A stretch of 53,839 nucleotides of DNA. It comes from Kiritimatiellia bacterium. GTDB taxonomy: Bacteria > Verrucomicrobiota > Kiritimatiellia > CAIQIC01 > Lenti-01. Shown here in pieces: positions 15,215 through 24,260 of this stretch; within the stretch, counting starts at the first letter, position 1; each line of letters opens with the position of its first letter. The notes under the pieces were generated by a model. The model had not been told where the DNA came from. It made no database searches and was given only the letters and a program-made list of their open reading frames with translations. The stretch spans positions 1 to 53,839 of the forward strand of contig JAFSUH010000175.1 in NCBI GenBank assembly GCA_017445365.1, written 5' to 3'. The translations under genes and the position numbers were made by a program.

Positions 15215-16344
15215 CTATTTCAGGGAGATGCCGCGTTCTTCGAACCAGCGGGCGAGGGCTTCGGCCGATTCCGCGGTGAAGGGATAGTCGTCGGAGAAGG
15301 TGTTCCAGCGGAGCGCTTGGCCATGTTGCATGGACGTGAGGGCGAGCCGTTCACCGCCCTTCCACCAGTCGATGCCCGGATGGCCGCAGCACATGCGGAT
15401 GAGAACCCTCCGCTGGGACTGTCCTCGAATTGGATCATCGCCGTGAAGGTGGCAACTTCGGCAGCGTTGGTAAGGACGACGAGGGTGCGCTGGCGGTCGA
15501 TGTCCTCTTCGGGCACGCAGCAGTCGAAGCCGCCGTCCCGGACCACGATGCGGTCGGCTTCGGAAACCGTCTTGAAGAAATACGCCTTCTCCGCACGGGC
15601 GAGATCCCAGAGGGATACCCGGAAGGGCGCATTGGTTCCGACGACGAATACCATGTTCGTTTCGGCGTCCGCGGCGAGGTTGGAGAGGGAGTCGGGATCG
15701 ATGCCCGCCGCGCGGCAGTAGTTGAGGGCGAATGACGGCCAGAGCGGCGGGAAGGGGCGTTTCTCCGAAGGTTCCCGCGAGAGTTCGTCCACCTTGCCGG
15801 AGGAATCGACCCGAAAGACGACCGTCTCGGTCCATTCCTTCTCTTCTTCGTCCGATTCGGCGTCACGGAACGGATTCTTGATCATCCCATGGATGGATTC
15901 GCAGGTGAACAACCAAGCCGTGCCGCCGTCGGCGTCGGCGACGGTCTGGATGGCGTAGGGGAACAACAGTTCGTCATTCTTCCGGTAGTTCAGGCATCGT
16001 TCGGCCTCTGCAAAGTTGCGGGGCGGCGGCATGAAGCGATACCCGTAGCCATTCTCGACATGGTAGAGCCCCGTCAGGGCGTCGAGTTCCGAAAGCAGCT
16101 CTTCGAGCGAGATGCCGTCGGCGCGGAGCGTGATGGCGGGAAGCTCGTTGGGGGCGGAGCGGTCGAGCCGGACGATGAACGGGAAGGGCTCCTCCGGATT
16201 CATCGCAGTTATCTTTGACCCGATGTCGGCGAGCACCTCCGTGAACGCGACGTTCCCGTAGTCGACGGAGAGCTTCGTCCCGGAGAATTCATCCGCAAAC
16301 GCGGGAAGCGAGAGGAGCAGGAGGAGGAGCAGTAGGCGTTTCAT
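15215..16344 (-). pseudogene. secreted hypothetical protein with an apparent frameshift near 15405-15430
   Basis: Signal peptide MKRLLLLLLLLSLPAFA at 16344. The protein-like reading runs to ...TFTAMIQFEDS in the frame of ORF 15220..16413. The protein-like sequence then continues in the frame of ORF 15215..15835 (RVLIRMCCGHPGIDWWKGGERLALTSMQHGQALRWNTFSDDYPFTAESAEALARWFEERGISLK). Confidence 0.5.
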
Positions 16345-16433
16345 GGTTGTTGTCCTTTCTTGTGTTCTGCGTTCCTTTCTTGATTTTCCGCAACATGAAG
16401 TCGCTTTCCTCAACCACCATCATGATGTTCACG

Positions 16434-16608
16434 GGAAGCCTTTGGTTAGCGGGGTTCGGGTTGCAAGGACGTCTAGCAGAAGGAGCGGCGCGGGGCAAAA
16501 GGAAACGCGCGGCGCGCCTTCGGCGCGAGGGAAAAGTTGAAGAATGACCCTTCAACAGATTCCCGCAACCTTTCACCCTTTCAACTCTTCACCTTTTCAA
16601 CCTTTCAG
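16434..16608 (+). repeat. R4 direct repeat, copy 2 (175 bp)
   Basis: Same orientation as copy 1. Has a shorter GTTGAA left arm. Confidence 0.9.
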
Positions 16609-16668
16609 GGCGGCATCCTGCCGCGTTTCCACGCAAGGGTGGTGCAAGGGGGAGCCGGAGGGGGGCGG

Positions 16669-16911
16669 TCACGGTTTGTTTCCCGCCAGAAAAGCGGAGG
16701 CAATCTCCCAAAGGGTCAGGATGGTTCCGACCGAACCGAGGAAGGCGAAAAACAGCCCCAGCAGCTCCGGGTCCTCCACCCACCGTTCCGGCGCCTTCCA
16801 CCAGACGGGCTCCTTGGGTTTGTCCTTCCGCATCTTCGCCTCCCGCAGCAGATGCACCCCCGCGCACAGGCAAACGAGAGCCCCAACCAGCTTTGCCAGC
16901 ATCAGCACCAT
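16669..16911 (-). CDS. hypothetical small 2-TM membrane protein
   Basis: 80-aa ORF starting 3 nt after the dehydrogenase stop. LAKLVGALVCLCAGVHLL and LLGLFFAFLGSVGTILTLW. Confidence 0.45.
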   Translation of the reverse strand: MVLMLAKLVGALVCLCAGVHLLREAKMRKDKPKEPVWWKAPERWVEDPELLGLFFAFLGSVGTILTLWEIASAFLAGNKP

Positions 16912-16914
16912 CCG

Positions 16915-17904
16915 TCACCCCTCCTCCCGGGCAGGACGGGGTTCCTCGTGCATGGTGCATTCTGCATTGAGCTTCCGGATTTCCGCGGCGGCTTTCGCGA
17001 AGTAGAGGTCGAGGTAGTCGGGGGCGAAGGCGGAGGCGTGCGGGTAGAGGAAGCAGTTGGGGGCGTCGCGGAGCGGCGAGTCCGCGGGAAGCGGCTCCTC
17101 CCGGAACACGTCGAGCAGCGCCCCGGCGAGGGCGTTGCGCCGCAGGGCGCCGGCGAGCGCTTCCTCGTCGAGCAGGTTGCCGCGCCCGAAGTTGTAGAGG
17201 AAGGCGCTTGGCTTCAGGAGCGCCAGCCGCCGCGCGTCGAGGAGCCCGTCCGTTTCCGGCCCGGAGGGAAGGAAGCTCGCGACGTGGTCCGCGAGGGGGA
17301 GGACTTCATCGAGCTCCCCCACCCCCGCCACGCGGTCCGCCGCCGCGGGGTCGGGGACGGGCGAGCGCCGGACGCCGATTACGGTCGCGCCGAAGGGCTT
17401 GACGAGCGCGCCGAAGGCCCGGCCGATGCGGCCGAAGCCGAGGATGGCGACGGTCTGGCCGCACAGGCGGCGCGAGCGGAGCATGATGTCGCGGCGCGGC
17501 CAGGCTTTCCCGCCGCCGTCGCGGCGCATGGCGGAGGCGAAGGGGAGGAGCCCGTGCGTGCAGGCGAGCAGGGCCCCCAGCGCGGTTTCGGCCATGATGG
17601 CGCCGTGGAAGGTGCCGTAGTGCATCGCGACCCGCGGCGGCGGGACCACGCGGAAGTAGTCGCGCCCCGCGGCGGGGGTGCAGAGGTGGCGGAGTTTCGG
17701 CGCGCGGTCGAACCACTCCTGGCGGAAGTCCCAGACGAAGACGGCGCGGGCTTCGGGGAGGAGGGCGAGAAACTCCGCCTCGCTCGTGCAGCGGCGCACG
17801 TCCGCGCCGTCGCCGCAGAGGTCGGCGAAGCGGCGTACCTGCGCCTCCGTGGGCCGGAAGACGTCCATCGCGTGGGAAAGGTAGACAAGCCGCAAATCGC
17901 TCAT
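16915..17904 (-). CDS. D-isomer-specific 2-hydroxyacid dehydrogenase family protein
   Basis: In-frame ATG (MSDLRLVY). NAD motif ILGFGRIGRAFG. Arg/Glu/His triad context FNFGRGNLLDE, DVFREEP, YPHASA. Confidence 0.85.
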   Translation of the reverse strand: MSDLRLVYLSHAMDVFRPTEAQVRRFADLCGDGADVRRCTSEAEFLALLPEARAVFVWDFRQEWFDRAPKLRHLCTPAAGRDYFRVVPPPRVAMHYGTFHGAIMAETALGALLACTHGLLPFASAMRRDGGGKAWPRRDIMLRSRRLCGQTVAILGFGRIGRAFGALVKPFGATVIGVRRSPVPDPAAADRVAGVGELDEVLPLADHVASFLPSGPETDGLLDARRLALLKPSAFLYNFGRGNLLDEEALAGALRRNALAGALLDVFREEPLPADSPLRDAPNCFLYPHASAFAPDYLDLYFAKAAAEIRKLNAECTMHEEPRPAREEG

Positions 17905-17998
17905 GCCCCGAGCATGCCACGGCCCCCGCCGGCGGAGGAAGCAAGAAGTAAAAAAGTAAGAAGTGCGGAAGCGGCGCAAAGCGCCGCGCCCGGAGACA

Positions 17999-18124
17999 AT
18001 TTGCCAATGTTTGGCAAATTTTACGTGATTTTGCCAAGGTTTGGCAAAATGTTTCCCGTGCGCGGCAAATGGATTTGCCAAGGTTTGGCAAATTTTGCCC
18101 GTTTTTGCCAATGTTTGGCAAAAC
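17999..18124. repeat. array A4: 4 units TTTGCCAA-N3-TTGGCAAA with spacing 30/44/30 bp
   Basis: Units start at 17999, 18029, 18073 and 18103. Lies in the divergent promoter region between 17904 (-) and 18150 (+). Confidence 0.9.
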
Positions 18125-18149
18125 GCTCCCGTGCCGCAATCCTTCCCGC

Positions 18150-18617
18150 ATGGAACAACCGCCTCCCGCCTCCGGCCAGCATTCCCGCCCCCGGGCCATC
18201 TATTTCCCGTGGTTGAGTTGGTTCGTTTTCGGCGCGCTGAGTTTGCTGGGGCTGTGGGTTGTGCGGTACTTCCTTCTCCATGACGTGCCGTATTGGGACT
18301 TCAGGAAAAGCGCATTCACCTTCACTCTGCCCTGCCTGGGGGTGTTTTTGTCCCGCCCCGTCCTGCTGTTTTCCGGGGACAAGGTGCATGTCATCCGCTG
18401 TTTCGGGCTGTACTGGCGGCGTATCCGCGCTGCTGGCATCCTCAAGCTCGTGCTTTTCTTGAACAAAGGAGACGGCCCCGTCATCTCCCGGATTGGCAGC
18501 ATCTATCTCGTCCTGAAGAACGCGGAAAGCTTCGAGCTGTGGTTCCTTCCGGGCCAGAAACGGAAAATCGTGGAAGAATTCGTCTCCCGCTGGAACATCC
18601 CTCTCGAAATCCCCTGA
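18150..18617 (+). CDS. hypothetical membrane protein
   Basis: In-frame ATG (MEQPPPASG...) downstream of the repeat array. Two N-terminal TM helices, then a soluble domain. Confidence 0.5.
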   Translation: MEQPPPASGQHSRPRAIYFPWLSWFVFGALSLLGLWVVRYFLLHDVPYWDFRKSAFTFTLPCLGVFLSRPVLLFSGDKVHVIRCFGLYWRRIRAAGILKLVLFLNKGDGPVISRIGSIYLVLKNAESFELWFLPGQKRKIVEEFVSRWNIPLEIP

Positions 18618-18621
18618 AGCA

Positions 18622-18717
18622 TTTTGCCAAACATTGGCAATTTGGAACCCTTTTTGCCAAACATTGGCAAAATCAAAAACGCGCGCAGTGGGTGTTTTTG
18701 CCAAACATTGGCAATTT
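18622..18717. repeat. array A5: 3 units TTTTGCCAAACATTGGCAA with spacing 30/44 bp
   Basis: Units start at 18622, 18652 and 18696. Confidence 0.9.
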
Positions 18718-18783
18718 GCGCTTGGAGGCGGAAGCGGCGGCACACGCAGTGGAGCCGCCGCAAAGCAACGTGCCTCCGGCACC
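18717..18783 (-). repeat. REP-2 hairpin element (inverted orientation)
   Basis: gcgcttggaggcggaagcggcggcacacgcagtggagccgccgcaaagcaacgtgcctccggcacc. Confidence 0.8.
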
Positions 18784-18790
18784 GCCGCCG

Positions 18791-20098
18791 CTATCCGTTG
18801 ATCGGATATGACACGGTTTCGCCTTCGGTCCAGTCGCCGTCCGCCGCGATGGCCGCCAGCGCCGCTTCCAGCGCCGCCGCCTTCACCTTCCCCGTCACCA
18901 TCACCACCGGCACGTACTTCGCCCCCTCCTCCCCCTCCTTCTGGATGACCGACGCGATCCCGATGCCGTGCGCCCCCAGCGTTTGCGCCATCCGCGCCAG
19001 CGCCCCGGGGGTGTCCCGCAGCGAAAAGCGCAAGTAATGGCGGCTTTCCTCCTCGCCGCGCGGCCGCCGCGCGATTTCCCCCGCCTCCGGCAGCCGCTCG
19101 TACCGCCACGCCCCGCCACGCGCAATCGCTTCCGCCGCGTCCGCGATGTCCGCGACCACCGCGCTCGCCGTGGCCGCCCGGCCCGCCCCCCGGCCGTAGA
19201 ACAGGGTCGTCCCCACGCTGTCTCCCTCCACCAGCACCGCGTTGAACACGCCCGAAACCTGCGAGAGCAGGTGTTCGCGACCGACCAGCGTCGGAGCGAC
19301 GGACACCTCCAGCCCCGCCGGCCCGCAGGCCATGTGGGCCAGAAGCTTGATGCGGTAGCCGAGGTCGCCCGCGTAGCGGATGTCGCGCGCGTCGATGCCG
19401 CGGATGCCGCGGACGGCCACGTCCTTCGCCTCCACCAGCTTCCCGCACGCGAGCGAGGCGAGAATGGCCGCCTTGTGGGCGGTGTCGTGGCCGTCGATGT
19501 CGAGGCTCGGCTCGGCCTCCGCGTATCCGGCTTCCTGCGCGGCGTGCAGAACCGGGTCGAAGGCGAGGCCTTCCGACTCCATGCGCGTGAGGATGTAATT
19601 GCAGGTGCCGTTCAAGATCCCCTCGATGCGGAGGATGCGGTTGGCGACGAGGCCCTCGGTGAGCGCCTTCAAAATCGGTATGCCGCCGCCGACGGACGCT
19701 TCGAAGTGGAGCCTGGCGCCGTTCGCGCGGGCGGTCTCGAAGAGCTCCTTGCCGTGTTCGGCGATGAGCTTCTTGTTGGCGGTGACGACGGCCTTGCCGC
19801 GCCGCAGGGCGTCGAGCACGAGCGTGCGGGCGATGCCGCACCCGCCGATGGTTTCCACCACCACGTCCACGTCATCGCGGGCGATGGCCGCGGCCGAGTC
19901 GCGCGAGAGGATGCCGTCGGGCACTTCCACGCCGCGGTCGGTGTCGAGGTCGAGGTCGCAAACGGCGCGCAGGGCGACTCGCACGCCGAGGCGCGCGGCC
20001 AGAAGGTCGCCTTGCGCCAGCAGGATTTCGACCACGCCCGCGCCGACGGTCCCGAATCCCAGGACCGCAACGCCGATTTCGTTCCGTTTTTCCGTCAT
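18791..20098 (-). CDS. hom: homoserine dehydrogenase
   Basis: In-frame ATG (MTEKRNEIGVAVLGFGTVGAGV) of the long ORF 18791..22285. ANKKLIA, ASVGGGIPI, LNGTCNYILT, and a C-terminal ACT-like domain. Confidence 0.92.
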   Translation of the reverse strand: MTEKRNEIGVAVLGFGTVGAGVVEILLAQGDLLAARLGVRVALRAVCDLDLDTDRGVEVPDGILSRDSAAAIARDDVDVVVETIGGCGIARTLVLDALRRGKAVVTANKKLIAEHGKELFETARANGARLHFEASVGGGIPILKALTEGLVANRILRIEGILNGTCNYILTRMESEGLAFDPVLHAAQEAGYAEAEPSLDIDGHDTAHKAAILASLACGKLVEAKDVAVRGIRGIDARDIRYAGDLGYRIKLLAHMACGPAGLEVSVAPTLVGREHLLSQVSGVFNAVLVEGDSVGTTLFYGRGAGRAATASAVVADIADAAEAIARGGAWRYERLPEAGEIARRPRGEEESRHYLRFSLRDTPGALARMAQTLGAHGIGIASVIQKEGEEGAKYVPVVMVTGKVKAAALEAALAAIAADGDWTEGETVSYPING

Positions 20099-20203
20099 GA
20101 AATGTCTCCTCGCAGGGGTGAAGTCCGCCAATCCTAGCACATTCCCCGGCGATTCGTAGATTTTTGTGGTTTCCCGCGGCGGGCGGGTGTAGCGTCCGGG
20201 GGC

Positions 20204-21256
20204 ATGGACAAGAACGATTTGATTTTCGTGACCGGCGGAAGCGGTTTTCTCGCCATCAACCTCATCCGGTACCTGCGCGAGCGCGGTTTCAAGCGCATCC
20301 GCACGCTCGACATCGCCCCCTTCGACTATCCCGAAGCGGACGAAATCGACCACGTGTTGGGCGACGTCCGCGACAAGGCGGCCGTGGCGAAGTGCATGGA
20401 AGGGGCCAAGTGGGTCGTGCACACCGCGGCGGCCCTTCCGCTCTATTCGGAAGCGGACATCCTTTCGACGGAAATCCAAGGGTGCGCCAACGTGCTGGAC
20501 GCCGCGCGCGACGCGGGCGTGGAGCGGGTGGTCAACATCTCCTCGACCGCGGTGTACGGCGTTCCCAAGCACCATCCGCTGTACGAAACCGACACGCTCG
20601 TCGGCGTCGGGCCGTACGGCTTGGGGAAGATCAACGCGGAAATCAAGTGCCACGAGGCGCGCGAGCGCGGACAGGTCGTGAGCATCATCCGGCCGAAATC
20701 GTTCATCGGCCCGGAGCGGCTGGGCGTCTTCGCGCTGTTCTACGATTGGGCGTACACCGGCCACGGGTTCCCGATGATCGGCAGCGGCAGGAACCGCTAC
20801 CAGCTGATGGACGTGGAAGACTTGTGCGACGCGATTTTCGCGTGCTTGACCGTCGAGGACCCCGCCGTCGCCAACGACACCTACAACATCGGCGCGAAGG
20901 ATTTCACGACGATGAAGGAGGATTACCAGGCCGTGCTCGACCGCGCGGGGCACGGGAAAAAGATCCACGGCATGCCGGCGGGGTTGCTGATCCGCATTTT
21001 GCGCGTGCTGGAAAAGTTGCACCTCTCGCCGCTGTACCCGTGGGTGTACGAGACCGCGTGCGAGGACTCGTTCGTGAGCATCGAAAAGGCGGAAAAGCGC
21101 CTGGGCTTCAATCCGAAGTTCTCGAACAAGGACGCGTTGGTCCGCAACTACGACTGGTACGTCGCGCATCTGAAGGATTTCCAGGGCAAGAGCGGGATTT
21201 CCCACCGCGTCCCGTGGAAACAAGGCCTCCTCGCCGTTGCCAAACACTTCTTCTAG
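20204..21256 (+). CDS. NAD-dependent epimerase/dehydratase (SDR) family protein
   Basis: VTGGSGFLAINLIRYL (GxxGxxG) and YGLGKINAE (YxxxK). Confidence 0.85.
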   Translation: MDKNDLIFVTGGSGFLAINLIRYLRERGFKRIRTLDIAPFDYPEADEIDHVLGDVRDKAAVAKCMEGAKWVVHTAAALPLYSEADILSTEIQGCANVLDAARDAGVERVVNISSTAVYGVPKHHPLYETDTLVGVGPYGLGKINAEIKCHEARERGQVVSIIRPKSFIGPERLGVFALFYDWAYTGHGFPMIGSGRNRYQLMDVEDLCDAIFACLTVEDPAVANDTYNIGAKDFTTMKEDYQAVLDRAGHGKKIHGMPAGLLIRILRVLEKLHLSPLYPWVYETACEDSFVSIEKAEKRLGFNPKFSNKDALVRNYDWYVAHLKDFQGKSGISHRVPWKQGLLAVAKHFF

Positions 21257-21269
21257 GCTGCCCGAAGGG

Positions 21270-21336
21270 CACGTTGCTTTGCGGCGCTTCCACGGCGCTT
21301 CGCACCATGTAGCGCCGCCCCCGCCTCCAATCCGCC
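21270..21336 (+). repeat. REP-2 hairpin element
   Basis: cacgttgctttgcggcgcttccacggcgcttcgcaccatgtagcgccgcccccgcctccaatccgcc. A G5/C5 hairpin (gggggttcgggggcattcccccgtccgttgcc) follows at about 21430. Confidence 0.75.
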
Positions 21337-21474
21337 TTTTTGCCGTCGGTGGGGCGAGCCGTCCCCGGCGAGCCGTTTTCCAGTTCTCGGAGCATGCGGC
21401 TTCAGCCGCATTCACCCAAAAATCCTCGGGGGTTCGGGGGCATTCCCCCGTCCGTTGCCAAACAAAAGCTGGAT

Positions 21475-22329
21475 TCACGCATCCGCCGTCGGTTCCCATG
21501 CGCCGGACGGAAGGAGTTGCAAGTCTTTGACGAGACGCCGTGCCTTGTGCCGGAAGGCCGGTCTTTCGGCCTCGTGGAAGCGTTTCATGCCTAGTTCCAG
21601 AAATGCGGCCGATTGGTCGATGCCGAAAAACTTCCGCCCCAACAACCGCGCCGCGATGCCGGTCGTGCAGGAACCCGCGAAGGGGTCGAGAACCCAATCC
21701 CCCTCCTTCGTGGAAGCGAGGAGGATGCGGACGAGGAGCGAAAGCGGTTTTTGCGTGGGATGCTTGCCGAACGTCTTTTCCCAGCGGCCGATGGCGGCCA
21801 GCGGCCACACGTCGCGCATCTGTTTCCCGCCCGCCAGTTTGCGCATGAGGGAGTAGTTGAAAAAATGCGGCGTTTTCGCTTCGCGCCGCGCCCAGATCAC
21901 GAACTCGGCCGAATGCGTGAAATAGCGGCAGGAAAGGTTGGGCGGCGGATTCGTCTTCTGCCAGACGACGACGTTCAGGATTTTGTAGCCGAGTCCGGCA
22001 AGCGCGTTGGCGGTTTGGAACGTGTTGTGGTGCGTGCCGCTGATCCACACCGTTCCGGACGGCTTGAGGATGCGGCGCAACGCTTCGAGCCACCGGCGCG
22101 CGAAGGCGGCGTCCGCCTCCCCGCCGCGCGATTTGTCCCAGTCGCCCTTGTCCACGCAGACCTGCCGCCCGCTTTGCACGGAGATTCCGCCGTTGGAAAG
22201 GAAATACGGCGGATCGGCGAACGCGCAATCGAACTGGAACCCCTTCCGGGCGATTTCCTCCATCCACTCGACGCAATCGCCGCACCCGAGCGCCCAGCGC
22301 GCGTCGGGCGATTTGAAAAAGGGTTGCAT
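21475..22329 (-). CDS. beta-class N6-adenine (or N4-cytosine) DNA methyltransferase, second methylase of the RM cassette
   Basis: DPPY (FADPPYFL) precedes the AdoMet motif DPFAGSCTTG. The ATG overlaps the endonuclease stop (TGATG). Confidence 0.85.
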   Translation of the reverse strand: MQPFFKSPDARWALGCGDCVEWMEEIARKGFQFDCAFADPPYFLSNGGISVQSGRQVCVDKGDWDKSRGGEADAAFARRWLEALRRILKPSGTVWISGTHHNTFQTANALAGLGYKILNVVVWQKTNPPPNLSCRYFTHSAEFVIWARREAKTPHFFNYSLMRKLAGGKQMRDVWPLAAIGRWEKTFGKHPTQKPLSLLVRILLASTKEGDWVLDPFAGSCTTGIAARLLGRKFFGIDQSAAFLELGMKRFHEAERPAFRHKARRLVKDLQLLPSGAWEPTADA

Positions 22330-23252
22330 CACGGCGAGAGAATCTCCCCGAGGATGCCGGTCAGCAGGTTCTTCCCGCGGACGGCGGCGAGATTGAGGAG
22401 GTAGTCGGCTTTCTGGCAATACTCCCGCAGGGGCGCTTGCGTTCCCTTCCATCCGTAGCCGTCGGTGATCCAGAGGAATTCCACGCGCCGTTGCCGGGAA
22501 TACCGCTTGAACATTTCGCAGTATTCGGTTGCCGTTGATTTCAGTTTCGACCCGCCGCCGCCGTAGAAATTCGTTTCCAGGAGGAACAGGCGGTCGTCCC
22601 GGAAAATCGCGAAATCGACGCGGCGCTCGGATTTGTCCATTTGCAGGTCGAAGTCCCAATGCGCCTTGATCTTGGCCTTGGTCGCCTGCGCCATGTAGTC
22701 GGCGTGCAACGCCTCCGCCGTTTCCACGACGAAATTCTCGACGAGCGATTCCATCAGGTCTCCCGAGCGGTTCTTGCGCGCGTTGCTGTCGAGCCCGACC
22801 TCGATTCCGAAGTAGTAGTCCGGAATGCTCTTGACCTTCCGGTCGGCGAGGATGTCCAGAAGCCCGCTCTGCCGGAGGAAGCGGACGCACGAGGCGATGT
22901 CGGCCGCGGAAGGCGCACGCCCCTCGAAATCGAAGCGTTTGACGAGGAGTTTTTTCGCATCCACCATGACGTCGAAAGAGTGCTCGCGGGAGGCAAGAAG
23001 CAACGGCATCACGCGGAGGACTTTCGGATAGTCGGCGATGAGCGATGACAAATCGCGCTCGATGTCCTCGGATCCCACGAGCGTGTCGAGCAGGGCCAAT
23101 TCCCGGACGTGCGGTGCCACGTTTGCCTTTACGCGGTTCCAATCCACGAACCAATCGCTCCGGTGGATGGTCGGAATGAGCGTGTCGATGAGGAAGCGGA
23201 AGGATTCGTCCTCGTTCCGGCATCCGAGGAGGGCCGTTTCGATCGGGTTCAT
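22329..23252 (-). CDS. DpnII/MboI-family type II restriction endonuclease (GATC-type by family)
   Basis: 307 aa. Layout and segments (FGIEVGLDSNARKNRSG, DFAIF...LLETNFYGGGGSK) recalled from the DpnII family. Sandwiched between two methylases with overlapping start/stop codons. Confidence 0.75.
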   Translation of the reverse strand: MNPIETALLGCRNEDESFRFLIDTLIPTIHRSDWFVDWNRVKANVAPHVRELALLDTLVGSEDIERDLSSLIADYPKVLRVMPLLLASREHSFDVMVDAKKLLVKRFDFEGRAPSAADIASCVRFLRQSGLLDILADRKVKSIPDYYFGIEVGLDSNARKNRSGDLMESLVENFVVETAEALHADYMAQATKAKIKAHWDFDLQMDKSERRVDFAIFRDDRLFLLETNFYGGGGSKLKSTATEYCEMFKRYSRQRRVEFLWITDGYGWKGTQAPLREYCQKADYLLNLAAVRGKNLLTGILGEILSP

Positions 23253-24169
23253 GAGGGGACTCCGTTCGTGAAATTGGAGACAAGGATTTCGCCGAGTTTT
23301 CCGCGCCTGTCCGCCTTCGCGTTGACCATTCGCGAAGCCTGGACGCCTCGGATGTCGAATCCGGCGTAGAGTCCGTCGAAAAAGGTGTCGCCGGGGTCCG
23401 TCCCTTTCGGGTCGGAATTGCTGAGGAGCCAGCGGACGCCTTTGCGGTCCAAGGTGCGGCAAACGTCGGCGAGGCGGTGTTGCTCCCTGTCGTCGAAGCC
23501 GCCTTGCGTGTAATCGCGGAACCCCGACGTGGCCGAAATCGGCCGGTAGGGCGGATCGAAATAAACAAACCAATCCGGCCCGGCCCCGGCAAGGGCATCC
23601 GCGAAGTCGCCGTCGAGGATTTCGACTCCCGCAAGCGCCGCCGAGTCGGCCAGCAACGTTTCCCGGTCGCAAATCCGCGGATTCGCGTAGCGTCCGAAAG
23701 GGACGTTGAACGCACCTTTCGCGTTCACCCGGTAAAGCCCGTTGAAGCAGGTGCGGTTGAGAAAGAGCATTCGGGCCGTCCGCCGGACGGGATTGTCCGC
23801 GCAATCGGCAATGGCGGCGTTGTAGGCGTCGCGCACGGCAAGGTAGAACGCGCGGCGGTCCTCCTCTCCGGTTCGGGCGCGGTAGTCCGTTTGAAGTTCA
23901 TCCAAGGCTTCGACCAGTTCGGCGGCATGCGATTGGACAACCCGCCAGGCATTCGCGAGATCGGGATTCGAATCGTTGACAACGACCCGTTCCGGGCGGA
24001 GACCCTTGGCGAGAAGATGGAACAGCAACGCCCCGCCGCCGACGAACGGCTCCGCATAGACACGGACCGTCCTCTTGAAATCCTCCGGCAACCGGGCATC
24101 CAGTTCTGGGAGCAGTTGCGTTTTCCCGCCAGCCCATTTGATGAATGGTTTTATCGTCTCTCGTTTCAT
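23249..24169 (-). CDS. dam: Dam-family (alpha-class) DNA adenine methyltransferase
   Basis: IKWAGGKTQLLPEL, EPFVGGGALLF (FxGxG) before FDPPYRP (DPPY). The stop overlaps the endonuclease ATG (ATGA). Confidence 0.9.
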   Translation of the reverse strand: MKRETIKPFIKWAGGKTQLLPELDARLPEDFKRTVRVYAEPFVGGGALLFHLLAKGLRPERVVVNDSNPDLANAWRVVQSHAAELVEALDELQTDYRARTGEEDRRAFYLAVRDAYNAAIADCADNPVRRTARMLFLNRTCFNGLYRVNAKGAFNVPFGRYANPRICDRETLLADSAALAGVEILDGDFADALAGAGPDWFVYFDPPYRPISATSGFRDYTQGGFDDREQHRLADVCRTLDRKGVRWLLSNSDPKGTDPGDTFFDGLYAGFDIRGVQASRMVNAKADRRGKLGEILVSNFTNGVPS

Positions 24170-24260
24170 GCTCGCGATGCGTCCTGCATCGCGGCGGACA
24201 TGGAGAGACGAAAAAGCGCGTTCTCGAATCCATGCCCTCCTCGGAAGCCCTACCACAGGC

